DNA of 64,000 bases from Heterodontus francisci (lineage: Eukaryota). The stretch spans positions 36,589,065-36,653,064 of the forward strand of contig NC_090411.1 of the NCBI RefSeq assembly GCF_036365525.1, read 5' to 3'. This document shows positions 36,188 to 47,597 of the stretch, piece after piece. The notes below the pieces were generated by a model, which was not told the origin of the DNA, searched no databases, and was given only the letters and a program-made list of their open reading frames with translations. Position numbers and translations under genes: made by a program. Numbering within the stretch: position 1 is the stretch's first letter; each line of letters starts with the position of its first letter.

Positions 36188-38723
36188 TTTTTCTTCTTTG
36201 GCCTCCTTGTCTCGAGAGACAATGGGTAAGCGCCTGGAGGTGGTCAGTGGTTTGTGAAGCAGCGCCTGGAGTGGCTATAAAGGCCAATTCTAGAGTGACA
36301 GACTCTTCCAAAGGTGCTGCAGATAAAATTGGTTGTCGGGGCTATTACACAGTTGGCTCTCCCCTTGCGCTTCTGTCTTTTTTCCTGCCAACTGCTAAGT
36401 CTCTTTGACTCGCCATGCTTTAGCCCCGCCTTTATGGTTGCCCGCCAGCTCTGGCGATCGCTGGCAACTGAGCCCCACAACTTGTGATCAATGTCACAGG
36501 ACTTCATGTCACGTTTGCAAACGTCTTTAAAGCGGAGACATGGACGGCCGGTGGGTCTGATACCAGTGACAAGCTCGCTGTACAATGTGTCCTTGGGGAT
36601 CTTGCCATCTTCCATGCGGCTCACATGGCCAAGCCATCTCAGGCGTTGCTGGCTTAGTAGGGTGTATATGCTGGGGATGTTGGCTGCCTCGAGGACTTCT
36701 GTGTTGGAGATACAGTCCTGCCACCTGATGCCAAGGATTCTCCAGAGGCAGTGAAGATGGAATGAATTGAGACGTCGCTCTTGGCTGATGTACGTTGTCC
36801 AGGCCTCACTGCCGTAGAGCAAGGTACTGAGGACACAGGCTTGATACACTTGGACTTTTGTGTTGTGTGTCAGTACGTCATTTTCCCACACTCTCTTGGC
36901 CATTCTGGACATAGCAGAGGAAGCCTTTCCCATGCGCTTGTTGAATTCTGTATCGAGAGACAGGTTACTGGTGATAGTTGAGCCTAGGTAGGTGAACTCT
37001 TGAACCACTTCCAGAGTGTGGTCGCCGATATTTATGGATGGGGCATTTCTGACGTCCTGTCCCATGATGTTCGTTTTCTTAAGGCTGATGGTTAGGCCAA
37101 ATTCGGTGCAGGCAGCCGAAATCCTGTTGATGAGTCTCTGCAGACACTCTTCAGTGTGAGATGTTAATGCAGCATCATCAGCAAAGAGGAGTTCCCTGAT
37201 GAGGACTTTCCGTACTTTGGTCTTCACTCTTAGATGGGCAAGGTTGAACAACCTGCCCCCTGATCTTGTGTGGAGGAAAATTCCTTCTTCTGAAGACATG
37301 AACGCATGTGAGAGCAGCAGGGAGAAGATGATCCCAAACAGTGTAGGTGCGAGAACACAGCCCTGTTTCACGCCACTCAGGATAGGAAAGGGGTCTGATA
37401 AGGCGCCGCTATGCTGAATTGTGCCTTTCATATTGTCATGGAATGAGGTGATGATACTTAGTAGCTTTGGTGGACATCCGATCTTTTCTAGTAGTCTGAA
37501 GAGACCACGTCTGCTGACGAGGTCAAAGGCTTTGGTGAGATCAATGAAAGCAATGTAGAGGGGCATCTGTTGTTCACGGCATTTCTCCTGTAGCTGGCAA
37601 AGGGAGAACAGCATGTCAATGTTGGCAGCACAGTGGCGCAGTGGTTAGCACTGCAGCCTCACAGCTCCAGCGACCTGGGTTCAATCCTGGGTACTACCTG
37701 TGTGGAGTTTGCAAGTTCTCCCTGTGTTTGCGTGGGTTTCCTCCGGGTGCTCCGGTTTCCTCCCACATGCCAAAGACTTGCAGGTTGATAGGTAAATTGG
37801 CCATTAGCAATTTCCCCTAGTATAGGTAGGTGGTAGGGAAATATAGGGACAGGTGGGGATGTGGTAGGAATATGAAATTAGTGTAGGATTAGTATAAATG
37901 GGTGGTTGATGGTCGGCACAGACTCGGTGGGCCGAAGGGCCTGTTTCAGTGCTGTATCTCTAAACTAAACTAAATGGTGGATCTCTCTGCTCGAAAGCCA
38001 CAGTGTGCCTCAGGGTAGACACGCTCAGCCAGCTTCTGGAGCCTGTTTAAAGCGACTCGAGCAAAGACTTTCCCCACTATGCTGAGCAGGGAGATTCCAC
38101 GGTAGTTGCAGTCACCGCGGTCACCCTTGTTCTTATAGAGGGTGATGATATTGGCATCGCGCATGTCCTGTGGTACTGCTCCCTCGTCCCAGCACAGGCA
38201 AAGCAGTTCGTACAGTGCTGAAAGTATAGCAGGCTTGGCACTCTTGATTATTTCAGGGGTAATGCTGTCCTTCCCAGGGGCTTTTCCGCTGGCTAGAGAA
38301 TCAATGGCATCACTGAGTTCTGATTTTGTTGGCTGTATGTCCAGCTCATCCATGACTGGCAGAGACTGGGCTGCATTGAGGGCGGTCTCAGTTACAACAT
38401 TTTCCCTGGAGTACAGTTCCAGGTAGTGCTCAACCCAGCGGTCCATTTGATTGTGTTGGTCAGTGATTGTGTCCCCTGATTTAGATTTGAGGGAGGCAAT
38501 CTTCTTGATGGTTGGCCCAAAAGCTCTCTTAATGCCATCATACATTCCTCTGATGTTTCCGGTGTCAGAGGCCAGCTGGATATGACTGCATAGGTGTTGC
38601 CAGTAGTCGTTTGCGCAGTGCCTGGCTGTTCTTTGTGCAGCGCTTCTGGCTGCTTTAAGTGCTACGGATGTTAACTCGCTGGGGGCTTTCTTGTAGTTCA
38701 GCAGTGCAATGCGCTTAGCGGCA
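36188..38723 (-). mobile_element. RTE-clade LINE, 5'-truncated, long open RT split by an HE1 SINE
   Basis: ORFs 37970-38776 and 36244-37614: YRGISLLS, CGFRAERSTI|DMLFSL, FIDLTKAFD, GVKQGCVLAPTLF, LFADD, LRWLGHVSRM, C-terminal C..CHSRIGLYSH; 3' end CTCGAGACAAGGAGGCCAAAGAAGAAAA. Confidence 0.93.
37622..37973 (+). mobile_element. HE1-type V-SINE inserted in the RTE
   Basis: Full head, core and tail ending (CTAAA)n; AATG on both sides. Confidence 0.92.
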
Positions 38724-38823
38724 CAACCCCTGAGGAAACCCACTATATACCTTCTTCCAGTCTGAAGAACAACCATTCACCACGACTCCCTGCTTCCTGT
38801 CTCAGCCAATTTCATATCATTCT

Positions 38824-39175
38824 TTAGTTTAGTTTAGAGATACAGCACTGAAACAGGCCCTTCGGCCCACCGAGTCTGTGCCGACCATCAACCACCCATT
38901 TATACTAATCCTACACTAATCCCATATTCCTATCACATCCCCACCTGTCCCTATATTTCCCTACCACCTACCTATACTAGGGGCAATTTATAATGGCCAA
39001 TTAACCTATCAACCTGCAAGTCTTTGGCATGTGGGAGGAAACCGGAGCACCCGGAGGAAACCCACGCAGACACAGGGAGAACTTGCAAACTCCGCACAGG
39101 CAGTACCCAGAATCGAACCCGGGTCCCTGGAGCTGTGAGGCTGCGGTGCTAACCACTGCGCCACTGTGCCGCCCC
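38824..39175 (-). mobile_element. HE1-type V-SINE inserted in the CR1
   Basis: Reverse complement of a full HE1 copy with B box GGTTCGATTCT and (CTAAA)n tail. Confidence 0.92.
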
Positions 39176-41479
39176 TTTCTGCCATTGTCCCATTTATTCC
39201 AGGGGCTGTAATTTTGCTGACAAGCCTGTTATGTGGCACTTTATCAAATGTCTTTTGGAAGTCCACATACACCACATCAACTGCATTACCCTCATCAACC
39301 CTCTCTGTTACCTCAACAAAAAACACAAGCAAGTTAGTTAATCATGATTTACCCTTCACAAATCCATGCTGGCTGTCCTTAATTAATCCACATTTGTCCA
39401 AGTGACTGTTAAGGTTGCCCCAAATTATCATTTCTAAATGCTTTCTCACCACCGAGGTGAAGCTGACTGGCCTGTAGTTGCTGGGCTTTATACCCTTTTT
39501 TGAACAAGGGTGTAACATTTGCAATTCTCCAGTCCTCTGGCACCACCCCTGTATCTAAGGAGGATTGGAAGATTATGGCCAGTGCCTCCGCAACTTCCAC
39601 CCTTACTTCCCTCAGTATCCATGGATACATCTCATCCAGTCCTGGTGACTTATCAACTTTAAGTACAGCCAGCCTCTCTAACACCTTTTTATAAATTTTA
39701 ACCCATCCAGTGCATTTTTCGCTATGACTTAGGAAGAATCTACTTCCTTGGTAAAGACAGATGCAAAGTACTCATTTAGTACCTCAGGCATACCCCCTGT
39801 CTCCATGCATAAATCGTCATTTAGGTCCCTAAACAGTCCACTCCTCAGCTTATAGAAGATCTTTAGATTCTCTTTTATTTTGGACTCCAGTGTCTTCTCA
39901 TACTCTCTCTTTGCTTCTCTCATTTGTTTTTTCACTTCCCCTCTGAACCTTCTGTATTCAGTCTGGTTCTCAATTGTATTATCAACCTGAAATCTTTCAT
40001 ATGCACCCTTTTTCTTACTCTATCTCTTTCATCATCCAGGGAGTTTACCCTATCTTTCCCCCTCCTGGGAATGTACCTTGGCTGTACTTGAACTATCTCC
40101 TCTTTTAAAGCAGCCCATTGTTCAGTTACAGTTTTGCCTGCTAATCTTTGTTTCCAATTTACCTGGGCCAGATCCGTTCTCACCGCATTGAAATTGGCCC
40201 TTTCCCAATTAATTAATTTAACTCTGGATTATTCCTTGTCCTTTTCCATAGCCAGCCTAAACATTATGATGCTGTAGTCACTGTCCCTTAAATCTTCCAT
40301 GCACTGACGCTTGCTCCACTTGGCCCACATAATTCCCCAGGACCAGGTCTAGCAATGCCTCCTTCCTTATTGGACTGGAAACATACTGATGTAGCAAATT
40401 CTCCAGAACACACTCTCGAAACTTCCTTCTCTGTCCTTTACACTATTACTATCCCAGTCTATGTTAAGTTAATTAAAGTCCCCCATTATAACTACTCTAT
40501 AATTCTGGCACCTCACTGTAATTTCCTTGCAAATTTGTTCCTCTATATCTTTCCTACTACGAGCTGGTGGCCTATAGAATACACGGAGCAATGTAATGGC
40601 ATCGCTACTATTTCTTAACTCTAACCAAATAGATTCTGTCCTTGACCCCTCTAGGACATCCTCTCTCTCCAGCACTGTAATGTTCTCCTTAATCAATACT
40701 GCCACTCCTCCTCCTTCCTTCCCTATCTTTCTTGAACACCTTGTATCCAGGAATATTTAGTACCCAGTCCTGCTCTTTTTTGAGCCAGGTCTCTATTATC
40801 ACCACAATATCATACTTCCATGTGCCTATCTGCACCTGCAGCTCACCAACCTTATTTACCATACTCCGAACAATCACAATCATGCACAGTAAACCCAATT
40901 TGGACCTTATTACATTCCCTCTTACCCTGACCCCACCGAATGCCTTACTATTTCCTACCCTAGTGCTATCTGTCTCCCCCAAATCTCTGTGCACCTTGGT
41001 TTTCCTCTCTAATATTAGAACCTGGCCCCACACCCCTGCCAAGTTAGTTTAAACCCTCCCAAATAGCACAAGCAAATCGCTCCTCAACGACATTGGTCCC
41101 GGCTCTGTTCAGGTCTCATCTTCCCCAGAACTAGTCCCAATGTCCCAGGCATCTAAAGCCCACCCTCCTGCACCATCTGTTCAGCCACGTATTCATTTAC
41201 TGTATCCCCCACTATGCAGGCTGTTTCATTATACAGGATTCCTGCTCCCCTTCACTATCCAGGATTGCTGCTCCCATTCACGATCCAGGTTGTTTCATTA
41301 TCCTGGGTTCCTGCTCCCATTCACTATGCAGTGTTACTCCTTTTCTGAATACTGTCCTGGGTTCCTACTCCTGATCACTATCAGTACTCACTATTAAAAT
41401 CCACACATGACTTCTCGGTACTAGAGAGCTCTCAGCACTTAAGCATCTGTCCCCAAGGGAGACAGTGGCTTTGGGGGAA

Positions 41480-44400
41480 CTGTCCCCCAGTGAGAGACAG
41501 GACCTTCAGGAAATGTCCCCCAGTGAGAGTCAGCACCTTCAGGAACTATATCCCAGTGGGAGTCAGCAACTTCAGGAACTGTATCCCAGTGAGAGTCAGC
41601 AACTTCAGGAACTGTATCCCAGTGAGAGTCAGCACCTTCAGGAACTGTATCCCAGTGAGAGTCAGCACCTTCAGGAACTGTATCCCAGTGAGAGTCGGCA
41701 CCTTCAGGAACTGTATCCCAGTGAGAGTCGGCACCTTCAGGAACTGTATCCCAGTGAGAGTCGGCACCTTCAGGAACTGTATCCCAGTGAGAGTCGGCAC
41801 CTTCAGGAACTGTATCCCAGTGAGAGTCGGCACCTTCAGGAACTGTATCCCAGTGAGAGTCGGCACCTTCAGGAACTGTATCCCAGTGAGAGTTGGCACC
41901 TTCAGGAACTGTATCCCAGTGAGAGTCGGCACCTTCAGGAACTGTATCCCAGTGAGAGTCCGCACCTTCAGGAACTGTATCCCAGTGAGAGTCAGCACCT
42001 TCAGGAACTGTATCCCAGTGAGAGTCAGCACCTTCAGGAACTGTATCCCAGTGAGAGTCAGCACCTTCAGGAACTGTACCCCAGTGAGAGTCGGCACCTT
42101 CAGGAACTGTATCCCAGTGAGAGTCGGCACCTTCAGGAACTGTATCCCAGTGAGAGTCAGCACCTTCAGGAACTGTATCCCAGTGAGAGTCAGCACCTTC
42201 AGGAACTGTATCCCAGTGAGAGTCAGCACCTTCAGGAACTGTATCCCAGTGAGAGTCAGCACCTTCAGGAACTGTATCCCAGTGAGAGTCAGCACCTTCA
42301 GGAACTGTTCCCCAGTAAGAGTCAGCACCTTCAGGAACTGTTCCCCAGTGAGAGTCAGCACCTTCAGGAACTGTATCCCAGTGAGAGTCGGCACCTTCAG
42401 GAACTGTATCCCAGTGAGAGTCAGCACCTTCAGGAACTGTATCCCAGTGAGAGTCAGCACCTTCAGGAACTGTATCCCAGTGAGAGTCAGCACCTTCAGG
42501 AACTGTATCCCAGTGAGAGTCAGCACCTTCAGGAACTGTTCCCCAGTGAGAGTCAGCACCTTCAGGAACTGTATCCCAGTGAGAGTCAGCACCTTCAGGA
42601 ACTGTGTCCCAGTGAGAGTCAGCACCTTCAGGAACTGTATCCCAGTGAGAGTCAGCACCTTCAGGAACTCTATCCCAGTGAGAGTCAGCACCTTCAGGAA
42701 CTGTATCCCAGTGAGAGTCAGCACCTTCAGGAACTGTATCCCAGTGAGAGTCAGCACCTTCAGGAACTGTATCCCAGTGAGAGTCAGCACCTTCAGGAAC
42801 TGTTCCCCAGTGAGAGTCAGCACCTTCAGGAACTGTATCCCAGTGAGAGTCAGCACCTTCAGGAACTGTATCCCAGTGAGAGTCAGCACCTTCAGGAACT
42901 GTTCCCCAGTGAGAGTCAGCACCTTCAGGAACTGTATCCCAGTGAGAGTCAGCACCTTCAGGAACTGTTCCCCAGTGAGAGTCAGCACCTTCAGGAACTG
43001 TATCCCAGTGAGAGTCAGCACCTTCAGGAACTGTATCCCAGTGAGTCAGCACCTTCAGGAACTGTCCCCCAGTGAGAGTCAGCACCTTCAGGAACTGTAT
43101 CCCAGTGAGAGTCAGCACCTTCAGGAACTGTATCCCAGTGAGAGTCAGCACCTTCAGGAACTGTTCCCCAGTGAGAGTCAGCACCTTCAGGAACTGTATC
43201 CCAGTGAGAGTCAGCACCTTCAGGAACTGTATCCCAGTGAGAGTCAGCACCTTCAGGAACTGTATCCCAGTGAGAGTCAGCACCTTCAGGAACTGTTCCC
43301 CAGTGAGAGTCAGCACCTTCAGGAACTGTATCCCAGTGAGAGTCAGCACCTTCAGGAACTGTATCCCAGTGAGAGTCAGCACCTTCAGGAACTGTCCCCC
43401 AGTGAGAGTCAGCACCTTCAGGAACTGTATCCCTGTGAGAGTCAGCACCTTCAGGAACTGTATCCCAGTGAGAGTCAGCACCTTCAGGAACTGTATCCCA
43501 GTGAGAGTCAGCACCTTCAGGAACTGTATCCCAGTGAGAGTCAGCACCTTCAGGAACTGTATCCCAATGAGAGTCAGCACCTTCAGGAACTGTATCCCAG
43601 TGAGAGTCAGCACCTTCAGGAACTGTACCCCAGTGAGAGTCAGCACCTTCAGGAACTGTATCCCAGTGAGAGTCAGCACCTTCAGGAACTGTCCCCCAGT
43701 GAGAGTCAGCACCTTCAGGAACTGTACCCCAGTGAGAGTCAGCACCTTCAGGAACTGTATCCCAGTGAGAGTCAGCACCTTCAGGAACTGTATCCCAGTG
43801 AGAGTCAGCACCTTCAGGAACTGTTCCCCAGTGAGAGTCAGCACCTTCAGGAACTGTATCCCAGTGAGAGTCAGCACCTTCAGGAACTGTATCCCAGTGA
43901 GAGTCAGCACCTTCAGGAACTGTATCCCAGTGAGAGTCAGCACCTTCAGGAACTGTTCCCCAGTGAGAGTCAGCACCTTCAGGAACTGTATCCCAGTGAG
44001 AGTCAGCACCTTCAGGAACTGTATCCCAGTGAGAGTCAGCACCTTCAGGAACTGTCCCCCAGTGAGAGTCAGCACCTTCAGGAACTGTATCCCTGTGAGA
44101 GTCAGCACCTTCAGGAACTGTATCCCAGTGAGAGTCAGCACCTTCAGGAACTGTATCCCAGTGAGAGTCAGCACCTTCAGGAACTGTATCCCAGTGAGAG
44201 TCAGCACCTTCAGGAACTGTATCCCAGTGAGAGTCAGCTCCTTCAGGAACTGTATCCCAGTGAGAGTCAGCACCTTCAGGAACTGTCCCCCAGTGAGAGT
44301 CAGCACCTTCAGGAACTGTACCCCAGTGAGAGTCAGCACCTTCAGGAACTGTATCCCAGTGAGAGTCAGCACCTTCAGGAACTGTCCCCCAGTGAGAGTC

Positions 44401-44700
44401 AGCACCTTCAGGAACTGTACCCCAGTGAGAGTCAGCACCTTCAGGAACTGTATCCCAGTGAGAGTCAGCACCTTCAGGAACTGTATCCCAATGAGAGTCA
44501 GCACCTTCAGGAACTGTCCCCCAGTGAGAGTCAGCACCTTCAGGAACTGTATCCCAGTGAGAGTCAGCACCTTCAGGAACTGTATCCCAGTGAGAGTCAG
44601 CACCTTCAGGAACTGTATCCCAGTGAGAGTCAGCACCTTCAGGAACTGTATCCCAGTGAGAGTCAGCACCTTCAGGAACTGTATACCAGTGAGTGTCAGC
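41480..44700 (+). repeat. Large 33-bp minisatellite (CAGTGAGAGTCAGCACCTTCAGGAACTGTATCC), just under 100 units
   Basis: Highly homogeneous tandem array; one 31-bp unit near 43040; single-base variants recur at a 660-bp spacing. Confidence 0.98.
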
Positions 44701-46009
44701 ATCTTTCACATAGAAAGGGAAAAAGTAAGAAAATATCCAAGATGAAGAATTAGAAAATCAGGGACAAGGAATTCACTAGAAGGAATGGGAAATTCTGACA
44801 AAAGAATCTGTTGCAATGACATATTAAGCAGTTAAACTGTTGTACTGTGTGTGTGCTATTGATGTTAGTGTTTCAGTACAAGAAATCTGCCAGCTGTTGC
44901 GATAGAGCGTGTGTATAAATTTATTATTGTGTAGTTGTGTTTTTATTGAAGATTTTTACCAGGTCTTGATGTTTATAATGCAGTAAGAGGAATTTTAAAG
45001 TATTTTACAATGTGAAAGTTTGTTTTCTTATTGATTTGAGGAGTAATGTCTACCCCACTAAATGGGTCCTTTGCTCATCAAATGGTCTATAGGTAATAAT
45101 GAGTTCAATGTTTGTCTGAATTTCAATAAGTGCAATAGATTGTGGTGTGAAGGAGCACAGTAACAGCACTAGCTTCAGTGCACCAAGGACTTCTGATGAG
45201 TCTGCTGTGGGTAAATCACCACAGAATCCAGAGTGTCACTGGTACCTGTTTTCATCATATCTGTCTGCCAGTTGTTTATTAATTCTGAGACAAGTTCCAA
45301 CTGGGCAGGCGGTGGAAGAGATGTGTCCGAGTTTTGCTTTGCTGCTATGAAAATTCATTAAAATACCTGAACCAAGAACATATGATGCACAGGAGGAAGT
45401 GGGAAAAAATTGAGTTTAAATTTGATCCCAGACTTTTAATGTCTACGTGTCTTTGATGTTGGAAAGCCCGCTTGAACCTGACTATCTGGCCACAGTTGGG
45501 TGTGTGGTGACCCTGGTCTGATTGGCAATCTGTGTTTAAAAAGCTTACAAACAGCTCAGAGCAGGCTTTGACTGGAGTTGTAAATCTGAAGCATACTCTG
45601 CACATCTGTCTGTGACCCTGGGCTGCACTCCACAAGTGACCTGAACCTGCAAAAGCACCAGGAGGCATAATTGGGATGTGCTCCTGGTGAAATGCTCACA
45701 GCTGCCTTTATGCTCATGTGTGTGTGGGCTCATTAGCATTTCTTATTTTTAATAAAAGATTTAAATGTGTATGTTTGTTTCTGTACATAATAACTCATGG
45801 TGATAGGATTTGGGATGAGACACACTCCTTTAACAGCAAGCCATCAGATCTAAGGCAGTGTTGTCACTGGTACAAATATCAGTTTTGTAAACCTATACCC
45901 ACCGATACATCACCTCATCCAGAACAAAAGTCCTTCTCCAGTTCCAATCTCCGTTTGGAAGAGCAGATTCTGTAACTACTACTTGGAATTTTTTGTAGTT
46001 CAAGAGCCA

Positions 46010-46830
46010 TAGAGTCATTTACAGGACAGAAGGAGGCCATTTGGGCCATCGTCTAGACCGGCTGTCCATGGAGCTATCCAGTCGGTCCCACTACCCTGCT
46101 CGATATCCATAGCTCTGCAAGTCGATTTCCTTCAGGTGGCCATCCAACGTCCTTTTGAAGTCATTGATCATCTCCACTTCCACCAGCCTCGTGGGCAGTG
46201 AGTTCCAAGTCATTACCACCCACTGCATAAAAAAGTGCTTCCTCACATTCCCCCTGCATCTTTTGCCCAAAACTTTCAATGTGTCCCCTAGACCTTGTAC
46301 CATTTGTTAATGGGAACAGTTTTCCTTCTCTAATTTATCAAAGCCTGTCATAATCTCGTACACCTCTGTCAAATCTCCCCTCAATCTCCTTTGTTCTAAG
46401 CAGAATGAACCCAGCTTTTCCAACCTAACCTTTTAACTAAAATTCTCCATCCCTGGAACCATTTTGGTAAATCTCTGCACCCTCTCAAGGACCCTCACTT
46501 CCTTTCGTGACCAGAACTGAACACAATACTCCAGTTGGGGCCTAACTAGAGCTTTATAAAAGGTTCAGGGTAATGTCTTTGCTTTTGTACTCAAAGCCTC
46601 TATTTATGAAGCTCAAGATCCCCTATGATTTACTAACACTCAGTATGTCCTGCCACCTTCAACGATCTATGCACATGCACCCCCAGGTCACTGTTTTCCT
46701 GCACACTCTTTAGAACTGTGCCATTAAGTATATATTGCCTTATCCGATTCTGCCAAAGTACATCACCTCACACTGTCAGTATTAAATTCCATCTGCCACC
46801 TCTCTGCCCATTCTGCTAAGCTACCTAGCA
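46010..46830 (-). mobile_element. CR1 3' fragment
   Basis: RKHFFMQWVVMTWNSLP and a CR1 tail on the minus strand; a short plus-strand CR1 tail follows at about 46860-47025. Confidence 0.8.
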
Positions 46831-47597
46831 AGAGTGCAACTATTTCACAGGTCCACTATTTACTGAAATTAAGACAGAGGTAGATAGATTTTTGATATGC
46901 AAGGGGGTGGAAGGTTATCAGGCATAGGTGGAAATGTGGAGTAATCAGTTCAGCCATGAACTTATTGAATGGCGGAGCAGGCTCGAAGGGCCGAGTGGCC
47001 TACTCCTGCTCCTCGTTCGTATGTAATGTCACTTTAACAACCAAAAAAATCCAAGGTACTGCTGACAAAAATATTTTCATGTAAGTGTCAGTGTCTCTTC
47101 AAGTAAAACAAGGCAAAGAACAAAGTGCGATTAGAATATTGTGAGCACTGATATATTAAATGGAATCTTAATGTGAAGTGATTGGATCTGTTGTAATTCA
47201 GTGTAGAGGGGATTAAGTGAAAACTGAATCGTAAGTTTACAGCAGCTTGTATTTAATTCAATTCTTGGATCTTGGCTCAAAGCCCAAATTGGGTTTTTTT
47301 TGTTCTTTTTATCTTTGAAACCTTCAAGGTAATTGACAATACAGTCTATTGGACCAGATATTTTGCAGAGCTGAGTCCTAAAGCAGTCCATCCACCAGGC
47401 CTATTTATTACTTTAAAATCTTGAGAAGGTTGCAGATTTCCTGTCCACCCACCTGTTGTTAGGTTTTTCTGTTGACAGTTCCCATTTGAATTGCCACAGT
47501 GTAGTTGCTGCCCTTGACCCTTGGGTAGCCCTGGGGGTTGAATATGTGGATCTCCTCATTACTTTTTTTTTATCTTTTCTTTTTTTGAACAAAAAAC

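Larger units (their letters stand above)
34046..41200 (-). mobile_element. CR1 LINE fragmented by three nested insertions (pieces 34046-34175, 35552-36187, 38724-38823, 39176-41200)
   Basis: The pieces join colinearly: APE at 40469-41042, KSPGLD, QHGF, DFQKTFDKV, GFPQG|VLGP split by the RTE, and the 3' tail at 34046. Confidence 0.85.

Noticed and set aside
41480-44700. CRISPR-like 33-bp repeats
   Set aside because: Units are directly tandem with no unique spacers, there are no cas genes, and the DNA is vertebrate.
41439-44753. ORFs of 491-1087 aa on both strands (also 27480-28103)
   Set aside because: They arise from a stop-free 33-bp unit (a multiple of 3); open in several frames on both strands and SINE-derived, with no gene context.
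47148-47164. ATATATTAAATGGA matching U2 snRNA near the Tx1 3' side (Keno-type U2 targeting)
   Set aside because: Only a 14-nt AT-rich match about 400 bp from the likely 3' end, with no flanking U2 homology.
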